DNA from: Chromera velia | Lineage: Eukaryota | Length of the DNA stretch: 60,437 nt | Assembly (NCBI GenBank): GCA_018398765.1 | Contig: JAHBMJ010000015.1 | Location: 1 to 60,437, forward strand | Direction of reading: 5' to 3' | In this document: piece by piece, positions 35,228-46,917 of the stretch | Position numbering within the stretch: position 1 is the first letter of the stretch | How the letters are laid out: each line of letters begins with the position of its first letter | Position numbers and translations under genes: made by a program | The notes under the pieces: model-generated | What the model saw: the letters and a program-made list of their open reading frames with translations, nothing else | Databases searched by the model: none | Told to the model about the DNA's origin: nothing

Positions 35228-37745
35228 ATGTTCCGCCCTAAGGCCTTCCCGCTATGTCTATCTGTCGCCAGAGCTAGCAGGGCGGGGCGTTCCCCAGCCT
35301 AAGCTGAGGTATCAGACCCCGCCCTCGGGGCCCGCCAGAGTCTGTTGCCCTGGCCGCTGCTGCATGATTATTCGTTGTTCGAGCCACGGCTCTGGATCCG
35401 CGTTGGCTTTCCGGCCTGAAAATCGATCTGAAACGGCATGTGATTTGGGCTTCCTCGCTCTTTTTGTTTGCTTTATCAATCTTCTTCTGCGGCTCCCTCC
35501 TTCCCCACCCTAACGCTCCTTCGGTCGTCTCTAAGTTATCAATTGTCTCCTCATATTCTTTTGTTAGTCTCTCGATCGCCCGCTGCCTTCCGGTGATTCC
35601 TGCATGTCTGGCCGCCAGAGCGTCTCCCTCTATGTGTCCGTACCATCCTGGACACTCCTCAAACACCCTCCGTCTGAATAACGTCCATCCCAAAAACTCA
35701 TCCACTCCGGCATGACATTCATTCAACAGAAAACAGAAAAGCGTCGAGTTGTCCCTTTTTCCCTCTTCTCTGTTGAGCCCTTCTCTTTCTGTGGCTGCCT
35801 TTCTGGCTCTTTCTTCCATCTTGCTGTCCCATTTCCCTTCTATCTTTCTGAACATTTCTGCTCTCTCTCTGTCAAAAACAGGACATTCTGTCACCAAATG
35901 GATTTCATCTTCCACCACCTCGATTCCCAACCACCCTCGACAGAACTGGCACATCCTTTTCTGTAACGGCACCTTCTCTCCCCCCCTTACCGGAATTTTT
36001 CCCTGAGTCGCAGCCACAGCCCTGTCTCCCACCCTGCATGCTGCTCTCCTCCTGTGTTCTGATCGCGGCGCCACTCTCGTATAGCAAAAAGGGGCTCTCC
36101 CTATTCTCTCTCTGTCTATTTTCATTGTCGAGCCAACCTTTCTACCTGCTCTGTCTTCAAACAAAGAAAGGTGGAGACGGTTTCCGTTTGAGACCTTTCT
36201 GTGCACGTCAGCCATCATCACTCCTGTCAGTTCTGCCTTCTCCTGACTGCTCTTCTCTCTTATGTTTCTTTCTATTCTATGTGCAAACGCCTCTCTCTTC
36301 TTCTCGTCTAGCTCATTTTTTGTTCTCTTCAGCAGCCATCTCTCTATCCCGTCCACTCTCTCGTTGACTACCTGTGTTCCTCTCTGCCCTACGCTTCCTT
36401 TTAGTCTTTCTCTTGCAAAAGGGTGCATTCCTCTGTCTGTGTAGAGTGCCTGTGCACATTGTTTCAGATGAGGGAAAAGATGAAAAGGATGCATTCCTCT
36501 CCCCCCTCCCATTTCGTTCTCTATCCCCTCTCTCAGGCATGTAAGGATTGCCTGCCCTACCGCTTCGTTTCTTCTCTCCTTTAAAGCCTTCCCTGCCCAC
36601 CGGATCGTTCTGGAAGCCACTTCGAGATCAATCGGAATGAAACCTCCTTCCATCATCAGCGTGTCACAATTCTCTTTCTTTCTCAAACGCAAAACAAACC
36701 TGACAAATCTCCTTTGCTTCTCGTCGAATTCTGCATACGCGCTATCTGGGCATGCATGGATTTCGCATCCATACAACCATACGGCGCGCACTGTCTGTTT
36801 AAATATATTGAAGCAATCAGCGGGTGGAATCCCTCCCTCCCTTCCTATCTTCCCCATCAGTCCCTGCATGCATCTCTCTGCTTTGATTGACCGTGCTTTC
36901 ATCATGGTTTCTAGGTTGCAGTCGGCGGATAGGACTAGTCCCAGGTAGGGTTGCTCTCTTGCTTCTTTCATCACTATCTCCCCCAGTCTAACTTCTTCTT
37001 TCTCTCTTGATGCGATACGGCCAAACCGGACCAATCTCGACTTGTCAGAGAATAGAAGACGGAGAGGTTCTGCAAAGGCTACAAGGTTCGAAAGAAGAAG
37101 GTTCAACTGTCTATCTGAGGATTCGAGGAGTGTTGTGTCATCTGCAAACAGAGGGGCAAGGAAATCGACCCACCTCCCGTTTTCTCCTGCCGGCACCTTT
37201 GGCCTCTGTCTGTCGGTCTGTCGTCTCTGTCCTCTCCTCTTTCCTACTTCCTCTGGCAAGTCATGTGTGTACACAGAGTAAAGGGAAGGGCCGCTCGGGC
37301 CTCCTTGCTTGAGTCCTTTGTCTTCCGGGTACCACATGCTCGTTCCCTTCACCCGTGCCCTCACTTTTTCCAGAGAGGCCTCAACCCATCTGATCAGGCC
37401 TTCCTCCACCCCTGCCTTTCTCAATTTCTCTTTTAACTTTTCAAGCCTCACTTCGTCGAAAGCCCGTGTGAAGTCAACAAAAGCAACACTGAGCACTTCC
37501 ATTCGAGCAATAATGAACAGCAAAAGAAAAATTGCATCGTATGTGCCTGTCTTTCTCTTGTATGCGAACTGCCATGGCGTCTGTCTGGCTTCCTTTTCCA
37601 CCTTTGTTCTCATGATCATGTCCCCCCATTTCGCATCTGCTACCACCAGGTGCACTCCCCTCCATCCCCCAAGTAGTGCGAGTGACTTACCCGGTTTTGG
37701 AAGGGCCGTCACCAGCAAGTCATTCCACCCTTTCGGCCACCAACC
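35197..37745 (-). mobile_element. 5'-truncated non-LTR retrotransposon (LINE) with uninterrupted RT ORF, C-terminal CCHC motif and (ATCA)n tail
   Basis: ORF ending at 35274 contains ALPKPGK, WRGVHL, QFAYKR..GTYDAI, FVDFTRAFDEV, GLKQGGPSGPSLYSVY, LFADD, YLG and CQFC...EDEIHLVTECP. The (AATC)n tail is at 35197-35227. The ORF track's first ~40 codons are AT-rich flank. Confidence 0.95.
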
Positions 37746-40010
37746 AAAACGATATGCAACATTAATTAACAAAACATACAACAGAGTGAATGTAATTAAG
37801 CATATAGTACATGATTGAAACTGTTTTTCAGACACTATACAATTTAATAATAATACAACTATTGATCTCAAAAAAATAAAACTTGAAGAAGAAAATATTG
37901 AAAACTATAGATTGGAGAGAACAGTTTTGATCAAATAGTATACTGTTTTGGACAGAACAGTTTTGATCGAATGGTATACTGTTTTAAAATAGCACTATTC
38001 TGACCTAGATTCTGATGGGCAAAAAGAGAAGCCTATAGAGAGAAGCTCACCCAGAGAGAACGCCACAGTGTATATATATCAACGTATAGACACTGGCTCT
38101 TAGAGTCAGAACCTATATAGTCCAGAACACAAATCTATCAATAAAAGTACCCACATTGGTCTCACAAAAATATTCGAAACAATCTTCTTGGTGATTCACT
38201 ACAAATGAGGAACAAGACTTTCCACGCCTAGTTCCACGCACGTCCCCGTATCAATCATTTCATTCATTCATGCAGGTACTCCAATGCATTCATTTTGTAT
38301 TCTACCAAACATTCACTCCTTCATCCTACTACTAAGGCATTCATCAACGTGTGGATTCAATCATTGATCCTGAGAGTAGCACTCACCGGACTCATCTCGC
38401 TGGGCTGCACACAGATCCATATCCCGGTCTGCTCTTGCCGTTCCCTTTTGTCTCTCTCACCGTCTTGACTCTTAAACATACAACTTGATCTCAATTGATA
38501 CTTTTTTCCCCCCTCCACTACACTTCCATACAGGCTTGACGATCACTCAAGCCTTTCAATTTCTTCTGCCCACTCCCCTGATGTCTGTGTGTGTTTAGCT
38601 TCTGTCTCTGTCCCCCTGGGTCCCTGCATGGCCCATGCAGCAGAATTCCAAGAAATCCAGAAGGACAACCGACCCAACAATTGACATCCTCCGGGAGAAA
38701 GGCTCGTCCTCGTCTGAAATACCCTCTTCTTTGTTCATCTTGTTTCTTTCTACTTTCTTTCAACACGTCCTTTGTCTTCTTGTCAACAGCAATAAAGAGC
38801 GAAGGAAGGACTGATCGATTTGTCCCGTCAACGGCCCCTTCCCGCATCCCCCTCGTGTCACCACGCATGCATCAGAACAAACAAACGAGCAAACAAAAGA
38901 AGGAGGAAAAAGAGAGGAAAGACAGACCCCCAGAACCAACCCCGCCTCCCTCCCTCCAGAGCTTCATGGGGAGACCTCCCGTGTCCTCCCGTCGCCATGA
39001 GGTCACGCAGGAGAGAAGAAAAAAAAATATCGAGAGGAGTGGAACGTGCATCTGCATGCAGAGACAACATGATATAGAGACATGTGACACAATGGGGGGG
39101 GGGAAGAGACTTCTGTGCATGCATCTGTGTGTCCCTGAACCACACAACTAAATGCAGAACTTCCTTCCTTCCTTCCTTCCTTCCTTCCTTCCCACAATGG
39201 TCGCTTCACACTCAGCAAGGAGCCAAGACAACAATCTCAGGCTTAATTACCGCCACGTGTTCCTTCCCTCTGCACTTGCATCTGCAAATGTCCAAAGGCA
39301 TACAAGGCACTGCCCACACAAACAGTCACCAGGTGTGCGAAGGAACTCAACTCACAGGCATACCTTGACTTTTCACAATTTCTTTAAACGCAATTTCTGT
39401 GCGTTATTTGCTCATGAGAGACCTGTTTCACGTGTACATTCTGCAAATCAGAAGGAAGGCAGTAAGTCCTGAGAGACATTGATTGACACACCATGCAATT
39501 GAGTGTACACAAATGCAGATATCCACCCCTGTGTGCAATGACTATCGAGAGAGGCCCATTATTGACTGACTTCAGACAGACATCCAGCAGTCTGAGCGCC
39601 AGACAGAGAAACAACCCCTAGCGGTCGACTGGGCAGATCCAATACATGCAGGAGGTATGCAAGTCGCCCGCTGAGCAAAACCCGACCCCTCCCCCGCGTT
39701 AGTCCTCCTGGCAGCCTGAAATGCTGCGGGGCCTCCTGGGCTCGCCTTCTCGCGAGGACTTGAGTCAACGTCAGGGAGAGGAAGGGAGGGAGGAAAGGGC
39801 CTATCTCACCCCCCTCCGGAAAGGGAAACCTCCTGCCTGCCTCCCTGCCGGGGGTGCAAGGGCGTCCCCGTGGAGTGAATGCATGAGGGGATCAGACAGA
39901 TCCTTCCTTCCTTCCATCGATCGATCGATCGATAAGCAGGCAGGCACTGGAGGGAGCTAGAGTGGACCGAAGGGAAGTAGAGGACGTCCTGAAAGAAACA
40001 GACAAGTCCA

Positions 40011-40049
<39 letters not shown>

Positions 40050-40697
40050 GGGGAGAGGGGGAGAGACATGCATGGATGCAAACAGGAACAGAAAAAGGAA
40101 GGAAAGGTTTCATGCATCCTTACTGGAGTCAAGTGATCGAAAGGTTGAACACAAACAAGGCTGCACGGTGAAGGCATGAGAGTGCAAGGAAAAAAAATGG
40201 GGACAACATGAGAAGAAAAAAGGAGGAAGGAATGGAGAAAGGAAACAAGGAGAGAATGACGGGAATTCGTTCATGCATTCGTTCTTGTAGTGCTCTGGAG
40301 ATCTGAATGAGCCATGCATGCATCACTCAATTCCCGCTGCCTGTACGTCCCGAGGCCTCTGTGTGTGTGTGTGAGCGCTTTCACTCGCCTTTCTCGTCCT
40401 TCTTTCCACAAGACTGGTTACAAAGAAAGGACGGAACACAAAAAAACAGAACAGGACAAAACGCACAGGAAGGGAAGGACCGGTTGAAAGAACCCGTTCG
40501 GCTTGTCCTTCCCTTCCCTTCTCTGCACAGACAATCTCCCGTCTCTACTTTTAAAGCTTCGCTGGCTGAGGCTGACAAGAACCATCTGATGTTTGCCTGC
40601 TAGCACGCATGATCGGGGAACGGGTCTTGACTGAACTCAGACAGACAAGACACCTGCATGCACACATTGGGGAGACGAACCTCTGCATTCAAACTCT

Positions 40698-43600
40698 TCA
40701 AGTGACCGCTGCTGCTCTTGCGTGGCGGCGCTGCAGAAGGGACTCGAGGGCAGGTGGGCTGATGGCGGCGCCTCTGCATTCCTTGCATCGACTGCGCCGC
40801 CGCCCATGCTCGCAATAAGCTGCACCCCCACATTCCTTGCAGTAGTACCGCGCTCGCCCATGCTCGCAAAGGCTCGAACCTCCGCAGTCCTTGCAGCGTC
40901 TGCGCTCCCGGCCATGCTCGCAAAGGCTCGAACCTCCGCAGTCCTTGCAGCGTCTGCGCTCCCGGCCATGCTCGCAAAGGCTGGAACCTCCGCAGTCCTT
41001 GCAACGATTGCGCCGCCGCCCATGCTCGCAATAAGCTGCACCCCCACATTCCTTGCAGTAGTACCGCACTCGTCCGTGCTCACAGACAGCAGACTTAGGC
41101 TGGCGTTTAGACACAGACACAGGCAAAGTCTTGAGCCCCTGAAGGAGATCAGTCGAAAAGGAGACGGCCAAAAGTGAAGTCTCTTTCTTGGACCCATCAC
41201 GCAAACGCTCTTCTATTCTGATCTCCTCACATGCGGACGGAGAGTGGGCCAACAATCCGCGTGCGAACGCCTCTGCAGCCAAACGAGCCCCACCTTCTCC
41301 AAAGTGAAAAGACGAAAAGCGGAATTTATGCACACCCTCATTAACTAGTGTTTTTCTCACTTTCTCGTTTTTTCTTCCCTGCCTAGAACCTGTCTCGTTC
41401 TCCTTCCTCCCCCCCCCCCTCCGATCACAAAAGTTTGTCCATTTGGGGTCATTTCTGTCGACACACAAAACTTCCCACGAGGCAGAGTCGCCCCGACGCA
41501 CTCCCGGTATTTCCTCCAAAGGCTGCTGCTCTCCTACCTCTTCAAGAAGCTTTCTCACCTCTGCAACGTTCTGCAGACGGCAGAAATGCCTTCTAAAGCA
41601 CTTCCCAATACATGCAGCACCCCCCTTTCCGTACACCGAGACGGGTATCGAAATCAAACGACTCTCAGCAAACCGCCCCCACGCAGAAGGAAAACGTGAT
41701 GGATCAAGCACCAGCCACTCCTCTCCATCCACTACGACCCATCTCTCCCGGTCTCTCTGCACAACCCGGCTGAATTCCTCTGCATTCTCCCTCTGACAAA
41801 CAAAAGACAACACGTCTCCCCCCCCCTGCACATCAAATTGACGGACAAGCCTCTTTGGACTCTCACGCCGAAGCCTGCCTCTAGGATCTTTCAACAAAGA
41901 CTTCTCCTCAACATACTCAACAACCCAAGCGCCCTGTGGAGACGCCAAATGAGACTTGGAGTCCTTTGTGGAACCTGCGTCTGTCTCCCGCTCCTTCTCC
42001 TCGTCTCCCTTCCCTCCTCTCCCCCGCTCTTTTTCCTCTGAGAAAAGCGCTTCTTCTTCCTCCCCCCTACTTCCCCCTACCGTTTTCTTTCCTCCTCTCT
42101 TCTGTTTCTGAGTGCTCTTTGGTTCTCTCTTGAGACACTTCCACGAGACACCAAGACGAGAGCTGTGGAGAGACTCCACAAAACCACTCGCAAAGGCATA
42201 GGCAGCTGCGAGAGCCCCTCTGTGGCCGTATCGGGAGACGGGAAAGCGCACGCGTGTGACAGACAAGCGCAAAGGGTCAACAAACCGGACCTCCCAACTC
42301 TCTCCCAACTTCCATCTTTTCTCATCCTTCTCTCTTAATTGATTCCAGAGGGTCCGGCTTCTTACTGGAGCAGCGTGCTTCCAGCTGAGCGTTACTAGCC
42401 CCTTTCTTTTGAAGGCAGCTTTTCCAATCTTGGCCTTCATTTCTTCTCCCTCTCTTGAAGAAGAGTATGCTAGTGAGGGAGACAAAAAGCGCTCTAAACA
42501 CACACCCCTCATCGCGTCTTCAAACAAAACCTCTGACAATTCCTTCGCTGAGGCCCAGGCACCTCCAAGACCGAAAGAAAAGGCGGGGAAGAAGAACGAT
42601 GGGTGCCTTTTTCTTTTCTTTTTCTTCGGCTTTGTTCGCCCGATCTCCTCACTCTTCCCGTCCCCTACCCCCTGCCCTGACAGATCAGACATGTCCACTA
42701 CAAACCCACAGTCCCTCCCTTCACCCTGCTGCTCTCCAATATTAACATACCGAGGTGTGAGTGCAACCCTATGCACCCACGAGGCAAATCCCTCAGCTGC
42801 CGCTCGGGACCCCCCCTCCCCATACGCCTCGACTCCGAAATTTCGTTTGCTTTTCTTCCTCACCGATTTCAGGTTCTTCCAACCCTGCGAGATGTAAGTC
42901 ACTCTCCACACACACTGATGCTTTCCCGTTGACATCTTGACCACATCGGGGGACACCCCCACAGGCCGTCTTTGGCCATCTACAGCATCTAATGTTTGCT
43001 GACGCTCCAACCACCCCAGACGACTGCTTTTCAGTGCATCAGGGGGAGGATTCAGAAAGGCCTCCAACGAACTCCCTCCCTCTTCTGCAGCCTTCAGCAG
43101 TCCTTTAGCGAAACTCTCAGCTGCGCACTTGGCGCCCTGAAAGGAGAACTGATTGGCGGCAAAACTGTAATGTCTCGTCAAATTCGTCAAGGTCGTCTGT
43201 CCTTGGAGCAGACTGCTGTTGTCTTCTTCTGGGAGTCCTCGAAGGATCTCCTCACAATCAACTCTCCAAACACGCTTGATACCCTTTCCATACAGACCTA
43301 CCCCGGGCACGGAGGACACTGCCTCCCCTCCCCCTTCCCCCTCCCTTTCTCCTCTTTCCTCCGCTTCTGACGGAATCAACTTGAGCATGCCAGGCTCCTC
43401 CCTCGACTGCAAAAACAAAACTGTCGGGTCGACCCGAAAGAGTCGAATGCTCTTGGCAAAACGAACCGCACGCTCACGAGCAGCGGCAACTCCCACTTCG
43501 GAGGCACTGAAGAAAGCGGAAATTGGCGACCCCCTTCGCGCACGCACTATCCAGCCCTTCATGCCCTCTTTGGTTGTTGACCAGGTAACAAGGGGGGCGT

Positions 43601-45005
43601 TGCCAAGGGCTGCCGCCGTCTTGTCGGCACCGTGAAGAAACTTTTTTCGAACGTTGTCGGCAATTCGTTCGTCTGCCCTCTTCCACTGCTGTGCTGACTG
43701 TGCATTCGGCAACGTCTCCACCTCCCCCGTCAGACGCGACTTCACCTGCTGAAATTCTTTCGAAAAATCGCTCATGTACACATCAAGTGCACCCTCTGCA
43801 CTTTCCGCCTCCTCACCCTTAGCACCCTCAGTCTTCTCGGACGACGCGAGAGCAAAAGGAGGTCGTGTTGCCCCCACAGCCACTGACGGGAACTTTGGCT
43901 CCTCCTCGAAGGCCCCGAAAGAACCGAAGGCAGGGGAGAAGGATAACGAAGGGAGGGACGCAGAGGTCCCGGGGGGGAGGCGGGGCACGTAGGGAGAGGG
44001 GGGGGCAAGGGGTGGAGCGAAAGGTGGAAGAGGAATAAACGGCTTTGCAGCAGGGAGGGCTGAAGGGTTTGTGGGTGAATGTCTAGTTCCCTTCTGTCCC
44101 TTCTTTTTCTTCTCTCCCTTCTTCCTGTCATCCTTGTCTGCTCTCTCTGGCGTCTCCTTCTCCTTCTCCTTCTGCCAGAGGAAAGGGTCCCGGGATCGGG
44201 AGGCCGAGAGAAGCAAAACAGGAGGAGAAGAAGGAGAAGGGGGTCTCGGAGGGGGGGGGGAGATCGTGGAACTTCTTTGCCTGTTCCTTTTCCACCTTCT
44301 CCTTTTGTCCTGTCTTCTCCTTCTGGAGACTCTGTGGTCTACCCTCTGGGAGGGAGGCACAGTCGGAGGGGTTTTCGTTTGTTTGCCAGGGATGTTTTTG
44401 TGTTTTTTGGCTTCAGCCCCACGATGTGCATGCATTTGCTTATCCTTCTTTGTCCTTTCTGTTCCTGTCTCGGGATTCAAGTTCTTTCCGGGACTCCTCC
44501 TCTTCTCCCCCTCTCCAGACTTGCCTGCTCTTTTCCCCCTCCTCTTCTTTTTCTTCTCCTCAACTCGAGACAGCCCTTCTGGCCCTCGGAGGGCATCTGT
44601 TGAGGGGGGCGGCGGCGTCTCCTCCAGGCTCTTGAACAGAGAGGAGAGATCACCCAGAGACGCACTGGATGGGGTGGAGAGGGAAGAAGAAGAATGTGAA
44701 GGAGAAGAAAGGGAAAGAAGGGGGGAACTGAAGTCGAAGGTTGCTGCTGCCTCCCTCTCCTGCTCCCTTCGCTTCTCAATCTGCCCGCCCTCCTCTAATA
44801 CCAGCGCCCCTTTCCGTCCCTGCAGCGTCACGCTGATCACCCTGTGTCGCCTGACGGGCCGTAGGGGGATCGGCAAAAAAGCCGGATCGCCCCATCTCCC
44901 TCCGCCTCTTTCCACTACATGTACACCACCAGGCTTGACGGAGGAGACTTCTGATAATCCAAGCAAAACGCACAAATCCAGTAGCAGAGAGACACTCCAC
45001 CGCAT
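40698..45005 (-). CDS. 1435-aa protein: signal peptide, low-complexity linker, several AP2-like (ApiAP2-type) domains, six C-terminal CEHG zinc-binding repeats
   Basis: Single long ORF. Repeated W.V...F....G..GA..AA..F units, e.g. WRVTY..KRNFGVEAYGEGGSRAAAEGFA, WEVRF..RFPVSRYGHRGALAAAYAFA and WEVLC..RFSSFHFGEGGARLAAEAFA. N-terminus MRWSVSLLLDLCVLLGLSEVSS. Confidence 0.85.
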   Translation of the reverse strand: MRWSVSLLLDLCVLLGLSEVSSVKPGGVHVVERGGGRWGDPAFLPIPLRPVRRHRVISVTLQGRKGALVLEEGGQIEKRREQEREAAATFDFSSPLLSLSSPSHSSSSLSTPSSASLGDLSSLFKSLEETPPPPSTDALRGPEGLSRVEEKKKKRRGKRAGKSGEGEKRRSPGKNLNPETGTERTKKDKQMHAHRGAEAKKHKNIPGKQTKTPPTVPPSQRVDHRVSRRRRQDKRRRWKRNRQRSSTISPPPPRPPSPSSPPVLLLSASRSRDPFLWQKEKEKETPERADKDDRKKGEKKKKGQKGTRHSPTNPSALPAAKPFIPLPPFAPPLAPPSPYVPRLPPGTSASLPSLSFSPAFGSFGAFEEEPKFPSVAVGATRPPFALASSEKTEGAKGEEAESAEGALDVYMSDFSKEFQQVKSRLTGEVETLPNAQSAQQWKRADERIADNVRKKFLHGADKTAAALGNAPLVTWSTTKEGMKGWIVRARRGSPISAFFSASEVGVAAARERAVRFAKSIRLFRVDPTVLFLQSREEPGMLKLIPSEAEERGEREGEGGGEAVSSVPGVGLYGKGIKRVWRVDCEEILRGLPEEDNSSLLQGQTTLTNLTRHYSFAANQFSFQGAKCAAESFAKGLLKAAEEGGSSLEAFLNPPPDALKSSRLGWLERQQTLDAVDGQRRPVGVSPDVVKMSTGKHQCVWRVTYISQGWKNLKSVRKKSKRNFGVEAYGEGGSRAAAEGFASWVHRVALTPRYVNIGEQQGEGRDCGFVVDMSDLSGQGVGDGKSEEIGRTKPKKKKRKRHPSFFFPAFSFGLGGAWASAKELSEVLFEDAMRGVCLERFLSPSLAYSSSREGEEMKAKIGKAAFKRKGLVTLSWKHAAPVRSRTLWNQLREKDEKRWKLGESWEVRFVDPLRLSVTRVRFPVSRYGHRGALAAAYAFASGFVESLHSSRLGVSWKCLKREPKSTQKQKRGGKKTVGGSRGEEEEALFSEEKERGRGGKGDEEKERETDAGSTKDSKSHLASPQGAWVVEYVEEKSLLKDPRGRLRRESPKRLVRQFDVQGGGDVLSFVCQRENAEEFSRVVQRDRERWVVVDGEEWLVLDPSRFPSAWGRFAESRLISIPVSVYGKGGAACIGKCFRRHFCRLQNVAEVRKLLEEVGEQQPLEEIPGVRRGDSASWEVLCVDRNDPKWTNFCDRRGGGRKENETGSRQGRKNEKVRKTLVNEGVHKFRFSSFHFGEGGARLAAEAFARGLLAHSPSACEEIRIEERLRDGSKKETSLLAVSFSTDLLQGLKTLPVSVSKRQPKSAVCEHGRVRYYCKECGGAAYCEHGRRRNRCKDCGGSSLCEHGRERRRCKDCGGSSLCEHGRERRRCKDCGGSSLCEHGRARYYCKECGGAAYCEHGRRRSRCKECRGAAISPPALESLLQRRHARAAAVT
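40770..41085 (-). repeat. Six tandem 54-bp coding repeats (CEHGRxRxxCKxCGG)
   Basis: Seen in both DNA and protein; units 3 and 4 are identical. Confidence 0.92.
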
Positions 45006-45674
45006 TCACGAAAAGTACCTGCACACAGAGATGGGGGTGTGATGATGCACGAGTTAGAGTAGCAGACACACACCCACACACACACACACACAGAGCTAGA
45101 GGGCAACGTCAAGGAACGAAAGGACAGATGGGCGTTCACTTCAGTCCAAAAGAGTTGAAGTCTTCATGAACGCAGGAACCTTTGTGCGAGAATCGGAGGC
45201 AGGGAAACAAACAAGTGCACATGCACACTCACCGAGACATGAGGCTCCCACTCCTTTTCCAGGTCAAAGCAACGGACCACGTACGACCTCAGGACACAAC
45301 AGATCTCTCTCTCCCACTCCTTGTACACGAACAAACTCTTCAATGCAGGGTACAAAGAGACAGAAACATGCCCAGAAGGTGTCCACTGATCGACAGACAA
45401 GAGTGAGTCCCAAACCGCTGTACACAATGCTTCATCTCAGTCTCTTCGATACGCAACAGATGAAGTGATGCAGGTGACACTTTCTCTTATCGTTAGCAGA
45501 AATGGCAACAAGCAAGCCTCTGAGCTTCCAGTGAGATTGCTTGTCTTGAAAGGAAACGCCTGCATTGCAAGACCTGCTGCCAGAGTCACAGTCAGACGCA
45601 AGGAACAGTCGAAGCAACAGTTGCTAGACGGGATGTAGACGGCTACAGTCTGATTGGCTGAAGTTGCCGGCCTT

Positions 45675-45815
45675 TGTGCATACATGCATGCGTGACGGAT
45701 TCGTATTTTCTGCGCGCGCGGCGCCGCACATGCAGAATGCCCATATATGCGATCGAGCGCATGCATGCATGAGCGCGGCGCCGCGCGATGTTCACGCACT
45801 TCGCGCGGCGCCTCC
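45675..45815. promoter_or_regulatory. Candidate bidirectional promoter element cluster
   Basis: Lies between the divergent AP2-like gene and CPI1. Contains three GCGCGGCGCC copies interleaved with GCATGCATGC runs. Confidence 0.4.
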
Positions 45816-46268
45816 TGAGTCAATTCGAACTTTCACTCATGGTCCGAATGATTCTGACAATGAATCGTTATGAATCGCTACAGCTCCGAATGTCACTCAG
45901 CGGGCCGCCAAGTACATTAATTCTCCAGTCGATGCGTATGAAGATTCATTGTCCTGCTGCTCTTTACACTTCACAATTCGTTGCTGGCCGCCCGACGCGC
46001 AGGCGGACCTTTTGAGAATGAGCCGTCTCCTTGAGGCGTGCATGTATTGAATCCAGCGGGTGAGGAATTGATGCACCGTGAGCAGAACAGGCAGGCGTCC
46101 GTGCTAGCCTAGAGTCCTGGAAACAAAGGCACGGAGACGAGTCTGTTTCTCAGCTCCTTTTCGGTGACCCTCTGGCCTTTCTGCCAGGGGGCCGAAAATT
46201 CGATTGATCAGTCTGACGGCTCAGAGTGGAGGTTTGGTCGGTCGGTCGAGAAGGCAATCCTCCCTCCA

Positions 46269-46883
46269 ATGCCGTCTACATTGGCTGTCCGGGACTGGGT
46301 GGTGGTGGGCATAGGGGTGGTGCCTGCTACCGTCGTGTGGGTGATTCTGGGTCTAGTTGCCTGCTTCAGTGTGATTCCGGAGACGGGGGAGGGGGGGCAG
46401 AAACCTGTGTGGTTGTCTCGGAATCCAGTGAAGAGGTCTGGGGAGGTTTTCTTCTTGAATTATTCGGTTTTCTGGATTTGTTGGTTTGGCACTGTGGTGG
46501 TCTCTGGGGTCTGGAGGAACTTCGGGAATTGGAGCTACCTGTTCGTGACATCGATGCTCGTGGTCCCTCCTTTCGTTCTTCCTCTGCTTCAGGTCAGGAT
46601 CTCTTCTCTGTGTGCAGAGGGGGGGGTCTTGTTCCTCCTTCAGTGTTTGACCTTGCTAGTTCCTCTCTCGATAAAGTGTCCTAAAGTGCAGGAGAGAGCT
46701 TGGGGCCTTCCTGCTGTGGCCTGCTGTTGTCTTGTCGTGTTTTTGATTTTCTTTCCTCCTTACAGTTCTGTTCTTTGACGTGTTCCTTCGCTTCCTGGTG
46801 TCCATGGTAGCGTGGTAGAAAGAGAAGCTCTGGATATTCTTGGAACTCTCTCCTTCTCTACCTCTTTGCTGTCACTCCCTCTG

Positions 46884-46917
<34 letters not shown>

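Noticed and set aside
37746..37871. N-terminus of the 865-aa LINE ORF
   Set aside because: This is AT-rich flank read in frame by chance. RT homology starts near WPKGWND.
38520..40000. Possible extra minus-strand exons downstream of the AP2-like gene
   Set aside because: Short GC-rich patches with no recognisable motif or consistent phase.
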